Counted from the whole stretch's first letter, positions 10,469 to 20,600 are shown. The stretch is DNA of 62,443 bases, filler included, from a bacterium (GCA_046331705.1; 4 parts of 4 records of this genome joined end to end with filler, not necessarily neighbours in it); one strand, 5' to 3'. Notes: generated by a model from the letters alone, not told the origin. Numbers and translations are program-made.

Positions 10469-11710
10469 TCAGGGATCGGATTTCTTGCGCGCGAGGGCCT
10501 TACCGCCGAGCCGATCGTCGGGAGCGCGCGGATCGGTGTCGGCGGGATAGAGACCTTTGGTTCCGAAGCGCTCGCGCACGGCGGTGAGGACGCCCTGCAG
10601 CGCGTCGCCGCGCTCGGCGCGCGCCTGCTTCGGATCGGGCGGCGCATCCGCGAAGAGCTCGAGCTGGGTCTCCGCCTCCGGTTCGAGGAAATCGCTGACG
10701 CCGACACCGGTGAGGCGGAAGCTGCGGCCTTCGATCTGCACCGCGTCGAGCAGCGCGCAGGCGGCGCGGTAGATCTCACGCGCCTGAGCCGTCGCGCGCG
10801 GCAGCGTGAGCTGACGCGTCTCGGTCACGAAGCTCCCGTCGCGGATCTTGAGGTGGACCTTGCGACCCCGCATTCCCTTGCGGGTGAGCCGGTCCGCCAC
10901 GCGCGTCGCCTGATCGAGGAGATGGCGTTCGATGGCGACGCGGCCCACGATGTCGTCGGCATACGTGTCCTCGTGGCTCACGCGCTTGAGCTCGTGCGTG
11001 GGCTCCACCGCACGCTCGTCGACGGCGTTGGCGAGACGATGAAAATGAAGGCCCGACTCGCCGAAGAGCCGCTTGAGCTCGCGTGCGTCGCGACGCCGGA
11101 TGTCGCCCACCGTCCGGATGCCACGGGCGATCAAGGCTTCGGCAGCCTTCGGTCCCACGCCCCAGAGCTCGCCGACCGCGAGCGGATCCAGAAACGCCAG
11201 CTCCTCGCCGGGCGGCACCTCGGTGAGCCCGTCGGGCTTGTCGCGCCCGCTGGCGATCTTGGCGATGAACTTGACCGCCGAGATCCCCACCGAGCAGGTG
11301 AGCCGTGTCTCCGCCAGCACCGCGGCGCGGATCGCCTCCGCGACGGCGCGCGGCGGTCCGAACAGGCGATCGGTGCCGGTGACGTCGAGGAACGCCTCGT
11401 CGATCGAGAGCGGCTCGACCAGCGGCGTGAAGCGCTCGAAGATCGCGAAGACCTCGTCGGAGACCTCCGCGTAGAGATCGTGGTGCGGCGAGATCACCAC
11501 CGCCTCGGGACAGAGCCGAAGCGCGACCGCCGTGGGTTGCGCCGATCGGCAGCCGAACGCGCGCGCTTCGTAGCTCGCCGCCGCGACCACCCCGCGCTTG
11601 CCGGCGCCCGCGACCAGCACCGGTAGACCGCGCAAGCGCGGATTCTCACGGACCTCGACGGACGCGAAGAATGCGTCCATGTCGACGTGCAGGATCGCTC
11701 GGGCCGTCAT
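10469..11710 (-). CDS. dinB: DNA polymerase IV (Y family)
   Basis: ILHVDMDAFFASVE, ASYEARAFG, SIDEAFLD, KFIAKIAS..KPDG, LWGVG. Confidence 0.95.
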   Translation of the reverse strand: MTARAILHVDMDAFFASVEVRENPRLRGLPVLVAGAGKRGVVAAASYEARAFGCRSAQPTAVALRLCPEAVVISPHHDLYAEVSDEVFAIFERFTPLVEPLSIDEAFLDVTGTDRLFGPPRAVAEAIRAAVLAETRLTCSVGISAVKFIAKIASGRDKPDGLTEVPPGEELAFLDPLAVGELWGVGPKAAEALIARGIRTVGDIRRRDARELKRLFGESGLHFHRLANAVDERAVEPTHELKRVSHEDTYADDIVGRVAIERHLLDQATRVADRLTRKGMRGRKVHLKIRDGSFVTETRQLTLPRATAQAREIYRAACALLDAVQIEGRSFRLTGVGVSDFLEPEAETQLELFADAPPDPKQARAERGDALQGVLTAVRERFGTKGLYPADTDPRAPDDRLGGKALARKKSDP

Positions 11711-11800
11711 CCGTTCGACCGTCGCGCGCTCGACGGCGGGGCGGATCGAGCCTCGCCCCGGCGAGCCGACGGCACGACCCGAGCGTATCGCGAAGGCGCG

Positions 11801-12667
11801 TCAGGGGCTGGCGGGCTTTGCGGCAGGGGCGGCGGCTGGCGAGCCCAGGGCCGCGCGGGCCCGCTCCGCGAGCGCCTGGGTCGCGCGGGTGCTGCGCAGG
11901 TGCTCGGGCAGCGCGTCGATCGCCGCGAGCGCTCGCTGGAACGAGTCGCGCGCCTCGGCTTCGCGTCCCGTACGCGCGAGAAGCTCGGCGCGCCGGATCA
12001 GCCACGTCTCCTTCCGCGGTGCGTCGGCGGCGAGACGATCGATGCGCGCCAGCGCGGCCTCCACGCGCCCGAGCTTCTCCTCGTGTTCGAGCGCCGCGAG
12101 CTCGAGCGTCACCAGTGGCCCGAGGCGCGCGATCCCCTCGTCGATCCCGCCGAGGGCGCGCTCCCGGAGGTCGCCGCCGAGCCCGGCGACCGCGTTCGAG
12201 CGTTCCAGGTAGAGATCGGGGCTGGGCGCAGGCGCGGCGGCGATCACCGCGCTGAAATCGTCCCACGCCGCGTAGCCGTCACCGAGCTTCACGAGGGCGC
12301 GGGCACGCAGCAGCCGAAGCTCGGGATCGCGAGGGTCGCTCCCCAACCCCGTCTCGGCGACGGCGCGCGCGGCGCGCGGGTATCCCGCATCGTCGAGCAC
12401 GCGCCCGCAGACGGCGCAGATCCGCGGGGCGGTGGGCGCGAGCGCACGTGCCCGCTCGCAATCGGCCAGCGCCGAGTCGTAATCGCGCGCGAAGCGGTGC
12501 AGATCGGCGCGCCACGCGTAGAGCGAGGCATCGCGCGGGCTGGCCTCGATCTTGGCCGTCAGCTCCCGAACGCGGGACGCGACGTCGTCGTCCGCCCGAA
12601 CGGCGCTGGGCGCCGCGCACAGCGCGACGCCCAGCCACACCACCCACCGAGAGGCGAGCCCGCGCAC
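11801..12667 (-). CDS. Secreted TPR-repeat protein
   Basis: Signal peptide ending VRA; Ala-rich TPR helices; immediately downstream of the phosphatase gene. Confidence 0.7.
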   Translation of the reverse strand: MRGLASRWVVWLGVALCAAPSAVRADDDVASRVRELTAKIEASPRDASLYAWRADLHRFARDYDSALADCERARALAPTAPRICAVCGRVLDDAGYPRAARAVAETGLGSDPRDPELRLLRARALVKLGDGYAAWDDFSAVIAAAPAPSPDLYLERSNAVAGLGGDLRERALGGIDEGIARLGPLVTLELAALEHEEKLGRVEAALARIDRLAADAPRKETWLIRRAELLARTGREAEARDSFQRALAAIDALPEHLRSTRATQALAERARAALGSPAAAPAAKPASP

Positions 12668-12674
12668 GCCGAGA

Positions 12675-13976
12675 TCAGCTCGGCAGCTTCTCGAGCGTGA
12701 AGTGATCTTGCACGTCGCCCAGCGAGTTCACGAACGCGGCGTCCAGGCGGTCGCCGGCGACGTCCAACACCATCGAGCCCAGCACGTTGAGCGACACGAA
12801 CATCGCCGGGTGGTTGAGGGGACCGCCGCTGGTCTGCCCCGAGCTCCCCGGCACCGCGTACACCGCGCCGAGATGCGGCATCGCACCGAGCCCGTGCTTC
12901 ACGTACGAGCCGGTGCCGTCCTCGCGGCCGTCGCCCGCGTCGAGGATCATCGAGGGGACGAGCGTCGACGACGAGCCGTAGTGGCCATCGAGCAGGTAGG
13001 AGCGCTCGTACGAGTGACTGTGGCCTGCGAGCACCAGGTCCACTCCGTAGCTCTCGAGCACCGGCAGGAAATTCTGGCGCATGTCGATGAGCGCGCCCTC
13101 GGTGTCCGAGTCGTGCGAGCCCTTGCTGTAAGGCGGATGGTGCCAGAACGCGATCAGCCAATCGGCGGAGGCGGCGGCGAGATCCGCCTGCATCCACGTC
13201 ATCATCGCCCCGGTGGGGGAACGGTCCGTCTCGTAGGAGTCGAGGCAGATGAAGTGGATGTTGCCGTAGTCGAACGAGTAGTACGCCTCGGTGCCGGAGG
13301 GCACGCCGCCAGCCTCGCCGCTCTTGGGAAGCGTGAAGTTCTCGTAGTAGGGGCCAGTCTGGGTGGCGGAGTCGGCGCTGCCGCCGTCGTGGTTGCCGAG
13401 GGTCAACCAAAGCGCGCGCTTGCGCAGCATCGTCGGGTACTGATTGAAGAGCTTGAGCTGGTATTCGGTATCGGTGCCGCTGGTGTAGGCGTTGTCACCG
13501 AGCATCAGCCAGAAATCCGGGTCCTGGGTGCCGGTGTAGGTGTAGAAGGCGTCGCGGACCGCCTGTTGCGCGCCGGTTCCGGTCCCCGGATCGCCGAGCA
13601 CCCAGATGCGCATCGGCTGAGGCTGGCCGACGGTGGGCTGGGTCAGGAAGTTGTAGTCCGAAGTGCCCCCGGCGAGCGTCGCTGTGGACGTGCCGATCGA
13701 GTAGTAGTAGCCGGTGTTCGGCGCGAGCCCGGTGAGCGTGAGCTCGTGCTCCGTGGTCATCGTCGCGTCGCTCACCTCGGACGTGAGCGTGGTGGGTGAG
13801 GCTCCGTAGCGCACCACCGAATCGGACGCGGCATTGGTCCGCCAGCGCACGACCATGCTCGTCGGCGTGGCGTCCTGCAGATACGCATCGCGCGTCACCG
13901 TCGGCTGGCATCCGACCGCGGCCGCCGCGAGCAGCGCGCCGAGCGCACCAGCGCGAACCGAGAATTGCTTCGACAT
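12675..13976 (-). CDS. Purple acid phosphatase-like metallophosphoesterase with N-terminal FN3 domain (probable lipoprotein)
   Basis: GDPG, LGDNAY, GNHD, HHPPY, GHSHSYER motifs; lipobox-like AVGC; start placed at MSKQ. Confidence 0.88.
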   Translation of the reverse strand: MSKQFSVRAGALGALLAAAAVGCQPTVTRDAYLQDATPTSMVVRWRTNAASDSVVRYGASPTTLTSEVSDATMTTEHELTLTGLAPNTGYYYSIGTSTATLAGGTSDYNFLTQPTVGQPQPMRIWVLGDPGTGTGAQQAVRDAFYTYTGTQDPDFWLMLGDNAYTSGTDTEYQLKLFNQYPTMLRKRALWLTLGNHDGGSADSATQTGPYYENFTLPKSGEAGGVPSGTEAYYSFDYGNIHFICLDSYETDRSPTGAMMTWMQADLAAASADWLIAFWHHPPYSKGSHDSDTEGALIDMRQNFLPVLESYGVDLVLAGHSHSYERSYLLDGHYGSSSTLVPSMILDAGDGREDGTGSYVKHGLGAMPHLGAVYAVPGSSGQTSGGPLNHPAMFVSLNVLGSMVLDVAGDRLDAAFVNSLGDVQDHFTLEKLPS

Positions 13977-14226
13977 CGACGAGCCTCCCCGCCGCACCAC
14001 GTCGCCCTCGCGGTCGCGCGCGGGGCTCGTTCGAGCCGCGCGCGGGCCTCACCCCCATGGTGTGGCCCGGGACTTCGTGTGCTGCGGAATCGAGGCTAGC
14101 AAGCCACGGAGCCGTCACGCAATCGTGACAAGCACCTCACCTGGCCCGTCATTGCGCGGTGACACGCCACGCGCCAGCGGAAAGCGCGTCACCGCTTCGC
14201 GTCGCTGCGAGCCGGCTCGCGCCGGA

Positions 14227-14385
14227 TCACGCCGGAACGAAATCGGCCTTGGTCGCGCCGCAATCGGGGCACGTCCAATCGTCCGGCAAGGCTTCGAAGG
14301 GCGTGCCAGCAGGAACTCCTGCAGCGGGATCCCCGAGAGCGGGATCGTAGACGTGATCGCAGATCGTGCATCGCCACTTGGTCAT
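14227..14385 (-). CDS. Rubredoxin (52 aa; absent from the ORF track)
   Basis: Hand translation [52 protein letters not shown]; two CxxC motifs; AAGGAGG ribosome-binding site. Confidence 0.97.
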   Translation of the reverse strand: MTKWRCTICDHVYDPALGDPAAGVPAGTPFEALPDDWTCPDCGATKADFVPA

Positions 14386-14421
14386 GTGCCTGCCTCCTTG
14401 GATCGAAACGAGTCCCGGCGC

Positions 14422-15867
14422 TCACGAAGCGCTCGGCGGTTTGCGATTGCGTAGCACGTCGCGGACCAACTGAAGCTCGGCGCGGTCGATGGCGCCGGTC
14501 GCCGCGAGCAGCCCGACATAGGTCACGATGGCCCCCGCGAAGCTCGCCACCGGCCACGCGCTGAATCGCGCCAACACCATCCCCGCCGCGATCGCCGCCG
14601 CCACCGGTCGCACCAGCGCGCGCAACGCGAGCCATCCGTAGCTGCGCACGCTCGGCAACGCGAAGGCGAGGACCAACACGCCGACCAACGCCAGCAGCGT
14701 CGCCCATGCGGAGCCCTCGATCCCGAGCCGCGGAATCAAGGCAATGTTGAGCACGACGTTCACCACCATGGTGCTGGCGGCGAACACCAGCACCAGGCGC
14801 TCGCGCCCCTCGCTCACGAACGCATCCCGGAACACGAACAGGAAGTACAGGAAGAGCTCGGCCACCGTGAGGATCACCAGCACCCGGTGGGCGCTCACGA
14901 AGGTCGGTCCGAAGACGAGGCCGAGCAGCCAGCCGCCGTATCGCATCATGAACGGCACCGCCGCGACGATCACCATCACCAAGAGCTCGAGGGTGCGCTC
15001 GAGGACCTCGCGATGGCGCGTGCGGTCCACTCCCGCGTAGCGCGAGAGCAGCGGAAAGATGGCGGACATGACCGCGAACGGCACCACGTTCCAGAGCTCC
15101 ATGAGCTTGACCGCTGCGGCGTAGCCGCCCAGCTCGGCCGGTCCCAGGTAGTGCTGGATCATGACCTGATCGACGCGGTTGTAGACCACCATCAGCAGCG
15201 AGTTGAGCGCCAGCGGCCAGCTCGTCGAGGCCAGCTCCACCATCAAGCCGAGGCTCGGCCGTGCGTCCGGACGCAGCGTGCGCGCGCCCCGGTAACCAAT
15301 CACCAGCGCGGGCAGCACGCTCGAGAGCACCAGCGCGAGCCACGGGGCCCACGCCTGCCGAACCAGCAGGATGCCGAGCACGGCGAGCACCACGTACGCG
15401 GCATTGCCAGCGGCATTGGCGGCGACCGGCGTCTCCATGCGCATGGTGGCGCGGAACACCGCACCGAACGGCAGCGACGCGTAGCTCAGGATCCACGCGC
15501 AGCCGGCGATCACCATCCAGCGCACCTCGGGAGAACGATGGTCCGCGCCCACCCACGGCAGGAGCACGATCACCGCGGCGCACGCGGCGAGCGCCAGGAC
15601 CAGCCGGAGCAGCGCCGCGTTGAACACCACCCGCGCGCGATCGGGGCGTTCGCGCGCCACGTCGCGGACCACGATCTGCTGCAACCCCAGGTCGCCGATC
15701 ACCTGGAAGATGCCGACGTACGCCACCACGAAGCTGAAGCTGCCGAGCTCGGCCTTGCCGAGCAGCCGGCCCATCGCCACGTAGACGATCGCGCCGGTGA
15801 CCCGACCGAAGAGCTGCCCGGCCAGCACCAGCCCGCTGGTGCGCAGAACGCGACGAAGCGTGCTCAC
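14422..15867 (-). CDS. Wzx-type polysaccharide flippase
   Basis: Many TM helices; DLGL, YNRVDQVMI..LG..ELGGYAAA, NVVLNIALIP.LG..GSAWAT; GTG start overlaps the upstream stop (GTGA). Confidence 0.88.
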   Translation of the reverse strand: MSTLRRVLRTSGLVLAGQLFGRVTGAIVYVAMGRLLGKAELGSFSFVVAYVGIFQVIGDLGLQQIVVRDVARERPDRARVVFNAALLRLVLALAACAAVIVLLPWVGADHRSPEVRWMVIAGCAWILSYASLPFGAVFRATMRMETPVAANAAGNAAYVVLAVLGILLVRQAWAPWLALVLSSVLPALVIGYRGARTLRPDARPSLGLMVELASTSWPLALNSLLMVVYNRVDQVMIQHYLGPAELGGYAAAVKLMELWNVVPFAVMSAIFPLLSRYAGVDRTRHREVLERTLELLVMVIVAAVPFMMRYGGWLLGLVFGPTFVSAHRVLVILTVAELFLYFLFVFRDAFVSEGRERLVLVFAASTMVVNVVLNIALIPRLGIEGSAWATLLALVGVLVLAFALPSVRSYGWLALRALVRPVAAAIAAGMVLARFSAWPVASFAGAIVTYVGLLAATGAIDRAELQLVRDVLRNRKPPSAS

Positions 15868-16571
15868 GCGCCTTCCGGCGTGGGCACTGGGCGGCGCGCG
15901 ATGCGGCGCGCGGGCACACCGATCGCGGTGGTGAGCGGCGGCACGTCCGCGGTCACCAGCGAGTTGGCCGCCACCACCGCGTGATCGCCGATGGTGACGC
16001 CCTTCAGGATCGTGGCCTTCGCTCCCACGAACACGTAGCTGCCGATGCGAATGGGTGCCTTCTCCACGGCGGATTCGTCGCGCAGCCAGTTGCGAGCCAC
16101 CGGCGTCATCGGCACCTCGTGGGCGGAATCGACGAGCGTCGCGTACTCGCTGATCACGGTCCAGCGCGCGATCGAGATCGACTCGGCGCAGTGCACGATG
16201 CAGCGCTGGCTCAGCCCGCAGGTTCCCTCGAGCACCAAGTGTCCGCCGAACACGTGGATCAGGCACTCGCGCTTGATGGCGCTGCCCGAGCCGAGCTCGA
16301 CCACCGCATCCACCAGGTGGAACCGCACCGCGTCCGCGAACGTCACGTCGTCACCGAGCGTCAGGCGAACCCGGCGCCCGCCGAGCTCGACGCGAACCCC
16401 CTTCCCCACCACGAAGTTCTTCCCCACCGCCAGGTCGAGCGCGACACCGCGCCAACGCGCTTCGAGCCGAAGTCGCGTCAGGAAGCGCGCGCGCCGCCAG
16501 CCGAGCAGCGCGCCGAGAACGAGCCCACGCGCGCGCCCGAGCCAGCTCACGGAGTCTCGGGACGTCGTCAT
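15864..16571 (-). CDS. Hexapeptide-repeat (left-handed beta-helix) acyltransferase
   Basis: PIRIGSYVFVGAKATILKGVTIGDHAVVAANSLVTADVP...GVPAR. Confidence 0.88.
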   Translation of the reverse strand: MTTSRDSVSWLGRARGLVLGALLGWRRARFLTRLRLEARWRGVALDLAVGKNFVVGKGVRVELGGRRVRLTLGDDVTFADAVRFHLVDAVVELGSGSAIKRECLIHVFGGHLVLEGTCGLSQRCIVHCAESISIARWTVISEYATLVDSAHEVPMTPVARNWLRDESAVEKAPIRIGSYVFVGAKATILKGVTIGDHAVVAANSLVTADVPPLTTAIGVPARRIARRPVPTPEGA

Positions 16572-17227
16572 GGTCGCGAAGCATCCTCGGCGCGGGTGCA
16601 CAGAACGAGGAATTGGCGGGTCAGGAAATCGCGTGCGCGGCCCAAGCTCAAGCCCCCGATCCAGCGCGCGGCGCGCGAGGCGTGGATCTCGCCGTGGATC
16701 TCCGCCGCGCGATAGCCGCTCTCGGCGAGCAACGTCAGCAGCGAGCGGCGCGTGAAGAATCGCAGATGGGTGCGGTCGAGCACTCCCTCGTCCTGGTAAC
16801 GCCATTCGCCGCGCAGGAGACCCAGGACCACCGGATAGTGGCGGACGTTGGGAACGCTGACGATCGCCACCCCGCCGGGGCGAAGCAATCCGCGCTGCGC
16901 TTCCAAGAGCGCCGCGGGCTCGCGCAGGTGCTCGAGCACGTCGGCGTAGACGAGGCAATCGAATCGCTCGCGGCCGAGACGCGCGCCCCAGTCCACGTCG
17001 GGGGTCTCGAGATCGAGCTCGAGCACCTCGTCCAGCACCGCGCGCGCCGCCGAGGCGGCGACCGGGTCGCGCTCGATGCCGGTGACCGCGCAGCCCTGAC
17101 GACGCTTGAGGGTGGCACCGACCACGCCTGCGGCGCAGCCGACGTCCAGGACGCGCTGGCACCACGCGGGCACCAGCGCCACCACGTCCGCCCGTGGGTA
17201 GCGAAAGTAGGGCGCGACGTCGCTCAC
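16568..17227 (-). CDS. Class I SAM-dependent methyltransferase (polysaccharide-associated)
   Basis: VLDVGCAAG, ADVLEHL, SVPNVRH, GVLDRTHLRFFT; GTG start overlaps the GT4 stop. Confidence 0.88.
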   Translation of the reverse strand: MSDVAPYFRYPRADVVALVPAWCQRVLDVGCAAGVVGATLKRRQGCAVTGIERDPVAASAARAVLDEVLELDLETPDVDWGARLGRERFDCLVYADVLEHLREPAALLEAQRGLLRPGGVAIVSVPNVRHYPVVLGLLRGEWRYQDEGVLDRTHLRFFTRRSLLTLLAESGYRAAEIHGEIHASRAARWIGGLSLGRARDFLTRQFLVLCTRAEDASRP

Positions 17228-18423
17228 GCCGAGCCCCGGGCATTCTCCAGCACGCGCGCGAAATCCGCCGTCAGCGCGCGGATGTCGAAGCGCTCCACGA
17301 CGCGCGCGCGGCCGCGGCGCCCGAGGGCCTCCCGCGCGGACTCCGGCGCCGCGAGCAGCTCCGCCACCGCATCCGCCAGCGCAGCCGGATCGTGGGGCGG
17401 GACGAGCCTCCCGCAATCCTCGGCCACGGCCTCGGGCAAGCCGGCGACCCGCGTCGCCACCACCGGGACCTCGAGGCTCATCGCTTCCTTGAGCACCAGC
17501 GGCATCGAGTCGCGATCGCCGTCGGGCGCGATCACCGCCGGCAGGACCAGCACCGTCGCGGCTTCGATCTCGTCGCGCACCGCCTCGTGGCCGAGCACCC
17601 CCAGGAGCCGGACCTGGGATTCGAGCGTCGCGGCGCGGATGCGCTCCTCGAGCGACGCGCGCTCGGGTCCGTCGCCCACGATCCGCACCTCGAAGGCGAG
17701 GCCGCGCTCGCGCAAGCGGCGCGCCGCCTCGACGAGATCGATCAATCCCTTCTTGGGCACCAGCCGACCCACGGCGACGAGCCGCGGCGGCACCGGGCGC
17801 TGCCGCCCGACACGCCGAAACCGCTCCGGATCCACGCCACACGGCACGACGTGGAGACCTTCGCCACCCAGCTCGGGATGGGCCTCGCGCAAGCACGCGC
17901 GGTTGTAGTCGCACACCGTGACGAACCAGCTCGCGTGCGCGAGCCGCCGCGCGACGTCGGCGGCGAGCGGGAAGAGATCGACGGCGTGCGCGGTCACGCC
18001 GAACGGCACCCCCGTGGCGACGTGCAGCCGGTGCGCGACCCGCGCGGGCTCGCTGGCGAAGTGAGCGTGGATGCGATCCGCCGAGGAAAGCCACGGGTCC
18101 CAAGCCCAAGAAAGCGCGCGCACGAGCTGCCGCGCCTCGCGCCAGCCGCCCAGCCTTCGCGCGCCGATCAGGCCACGCAACGTGGCCCACGGCCGTGCGA
18201 TCGCGAACGCCGCGATTCGCGCCAGCGCGCGCGCGGTCCGCTCGCGCGCCAGCACCGAGACCGGCGCGCGCAGGCCGCCGAGCAGCCCGCGCCCCTCGTC
18301 GTCGCCCTCGCCCAGCGCGAACACGCGCACCTCGTGGCCGAGCTCCTCCATCGCGCGGATCTCGCCCGCGACGAAAGTCTCCGACACCACCGGGAATCGG
18401 CCGAGCACGTAGGCCACCTTCAT
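17224..18423 (-). CDS. Glycosyltransferase family 4 (WcaL-like)
   Basis: FPVVSETFV, IHAHFA, TAHAVDLF, VGRLVPKKG, DGDRDSMPLVLKEAM. Confidence 0.9.
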   Translation of the reverse strand: MKVAYVLGRFPVVSETFVAGEIRAMEELGHEVRVFALGEGDDEGRGLLGGLRAPVSVLARERTARALARIAAFAIARPWATLRGLIGARRLGGWREARQLVRALSWAWDPWLSSADRIHAHFASEPARVAHRLHVATGVPFGVTAHAVDLFPLAADVARRLAHASWFVTVCDYNRACLREAHPELGGEGLHVVPCGVDPERFRRVGRQRPVPPRLVAVGRLVPKKGLIDLVEAARRLRERGLAFEVRIVGDGPERASLEERIRAATLESQVRLLGVLGHEAVRDEIEAATVLVLPAVIAPDGDRDSMPLVLKEAMSLEVPVVATRVAGLPEAVAEDCGRLVPPHDPAALADAVAELLAAPESAREALGRRGRARVVERFDIRALTADFARVLENARGSA

Positions 18424-18465
18424 GAACACCCTGACATTCGCCGATGAATCCCGTAGCCTCGCGGC

Positions 18466-19953
18466 ATGCGCGCACCGCACGAGCGATTCACCAGCGAGTG
18501 GTCCTTCGTGCTGACGGCGCTCGGCATCACGCTGGGCACCGGGAACGTGTGGCGCTTTCCGCGGATCATCGCACAGGAAGGCGGCGTGTTCCTGATCCCG
18601 TGGGCGGCGGGATTGGCGCTCGTCTGCTATCCGCTGCTGGTCGGCGAGGCGGCGCTCGGCCAGCGGGTGCGCCTGGGCGTGGTGGGCGCGTTCGCCAGCC
18701 TGGGCGATCCCAAGCGCGCCTCGATGGGCACCTTCCTGGCGTTCACGACCTTCGCGACGCTCTGCTTCGACGCCGTCGTCTGCGGCTGGTGCATCCGCTA
18801 CTTCCTCCAGGCGCTCACCCGCGAGCTCTTCGCCAACCCGCTCGCCGGGCAGACCTACTACCATCAGATCGCGTGGTCGCGCTTCGCCGGCACCTGGGAC
18901 ACCATCCCGTACCTGGTGGTGGCGCTCGCGTTGACCTGGACCATCGTGAGCCGCGGGCTCAGGCGCGGCATCGAGCGCCTGCACCGGATCGCCGTGCCGC
19001 TGGTGTTCGCGGTGCTGTTCGTGCTGGCCGCGCGCGGGCTCACGATCTCGGGGGGCGCGAGCGGGCTCGGCCACGTGTTTCGGATCGAATGGAGCCGGCT
19101 CCTCGAGCCCCGGCTCTGGTACCAGGGCCTGCTGCAAGCGATCGGCACCAGCGCCGCCGGCTGGGGCTGGATGCTGACCTACGCTGGCTCGATCCAGCCG
19201 GGCACGAGCCGCTCGCGCGCTGTGGCCCGCGTGGTGCTCGGCTGCGCGATCGCGAGCCTGCTCGCGACGCTGGCGCTGATCCCGCTCGCCTACGGCGCCG
19301 AGGCCTCCGAGGCGGTGCGTCGCAACTTGGTGTCGCGCGCCGGCGGCTTCATGTTCGTGTGGGTGCCGACGCTGCTGGCACGGGCGAGCTGGGGCGCCAT
19401 CGTGGCGGTGCCGCTCTACGGTGCGCTCGCGCTGGCCACGGTACTGACACTCGTGGCGCAGCTCGAGACGGTGGTGCGGATCGGCGTCGATCTCGGAACC
19501 GACCGGGTGCGGATCGCCGGCGGTCTGGTGGGTCTGGCGGCGGTGCTCGGGTTCCCCGCCGCGATGTCCATGGCGGTGCTGGACGCCCAGAGCTGGATCT
19601 GCGAGACGCTCGCGTTGCTGGGACCCGCGCTGGTGGGGCTCGGCATCACCCGCTACGGCGCCGCGCGGCTCTACCGGGAGGTGTTCGCGCCCGAGCCGCG
19701 ACCGGGAATCCCGCGGCGCGCGTTCGCGCTGGTGTTCGGTGTGGTGGCGCCGCTCGCCACGGTGGCGCTGGTCGCGGGGCAGTTGCTGGGCACGCTCGGC
19801 TCGTCGACGGCGCCGGCGACGGCGCTCTTCGCGCCTACCGGCCTGGGCACCGCGGTGGCGGGTCTGCTGATCGCGCTGCTGGTGGTGCGCGGATTCACGC
19901 CCGAGTTGGTGCGACGGACCTTCGCGCATCAGATCGCCGGCGCCCGCGAGTGA
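18466..19953 (+). CDS. Sodium:neurotransmitter symporter (NSS/LeuT) family transporter, divergent
   Basis: GTGNVWRFP, GGVFLIPW, GEAALG, GIER, AGWGWMLTYA; many TM segments. Confidence 0.85.
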   Translation: MRAPHERFTSEWSFVLTALGITLGTGNVWRFPRIIAQEGGVFLIPWAAGLALVCYPLLVGEAALGQRVRLGVVGAFASLGDPKRASMGTFLAFTTFATLCFDAVVCGWCIRYFLQALTRELFANPLAGQTYYHQIAWSRFAGTWDTIPYLVVALALTWTIVSRGLRRGIERLHRIAVPLVFAVLFVLAARGLTISGGASGLGHVFRIEWSRLLEPRLWYQGLLQAIGTSAAGWGWMLTYAGSIQPGTSRSRAVARVVLGCAIASLLATLALIPLAYGAEASEAVRRNLVSRAGGFMFVWVPTLLARASWGAIVAVPLYGALALATVLTLVAQLETVVRIGVDLGTDRVRIAGGLVGLAAVLGFPAAMSMAVLDAQSWICETLALLGPALVGLGITRYGAARLYREVFAPEPRPGIPRRAFALVFGVVAPLATVALVAGQLLGTLGSSTAPATALFAPTGLGTAVAGLLIALLVVRGFTPELVRRTFAHQIAGARE

Positions 19954-19995
19954 ACGCCCTCCCGACGTGCGGGACTCGGATCGAGACGGGCTGCG

Positions 19996-20565
19996 TCAGC
20001 TCGGCTTCACGTCGCGAAGCAGCGTTCCCAGATCCAGCTTGTCGCCGGCCCGGATGCCGTGATCGGCGAACCAGCCCGCCGCCATCTCGAGCGCCAAGCG
20101 CACCGGCGCGCCCGAGTGATAGCGGCGTTGGTCCTCGGCGGGAATCCCGTCCCCGGGCGCCATCTCCTCGATTCGCACGATCGTGCCATCGTCCTCGAGG
20201 AACGCGATCGAGAGCGCCATGGGCACGTTGAGCATCCAGAAATCCAGCGCGCGGCGCTCGGGAAACACGAACACCATGCCGCTCGACGGCTCGAGCGCCG
20301 TGCGGTGCATGAGCCCGAGCTGGCGCGTCTCGGGCGTCGCCGCGACCTCGGCGCGGATCTCGACGCTACCCGCGTAGAGATAGACCCAGCGGGGCTGGGT
20401 GGCGACGGCGTTCGCTCCCGTGGACGGCTTGTCGCGCGCCGGAGGCGACGAAGCGGTCTTGCAGGCGCCGCCCGCGACCAGCAGCAGCGCCGCCGCGACG
20501 AGCCCGAGCGCTGCGCGGCGCCGTCGGGCGCGGCGAGCCAGCGCCGACGGCGGCCAGGAACCCAT
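19996..20565 (-). CDS. DUF192 family protein (probable lipoprotein)
   Basis: AEVAATPETRQLGLMHR, GMVFVF, FWMLNVPMALSIAFL, ALEMAAGWF..GI..GD; lipobox-like GGAC. Confidence 0.88.
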   Translation of the reverse strand: MGSWPPSALARRARRRRAALGLVAAALLLVAGGACKTASSPPARDKPSTGANAVATQPRWVYLYAGSVEIRAEVAATPETRQLGLMHRTALEPSSGMVFVFPERRALDFWMLNVPMALSIAFLEDDGTIVRIEEMAPGDGIPAEDQRRYHSGAPVRLALEMAAGWFADHGIRAGDKLDLGTLLRDVKPS

Positions 20566-20600
20566 CTCGAATGCCGGCGCGGCACGCCCGCAGGCGTGCC

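Noticed and set aside
8720-11710. ParB-like gene plus dinB as a sign of a plasmid, prophage or mutagenesis cassette
   Set aside because: No parA, integrase, transposase, imuAB/dnaE2 or phage genes; the context is ordinary chromosomal.
14098-14115. Sigma54-like motif on the minus strand upstream of the acid phosphatase
   Set aside because: GG-to-GC spacing is 11 nt, not the required 10.
14422-19929. Apparent large fusions in the ORF track (14422-16266, 15864-17243, 16568-18475, 17224-19929)
   Set aside because: N-terminal extensions are open frames running through neighbouring genes; real starts sit at the GTGA/ATGA overlaps or at ATG 18423.
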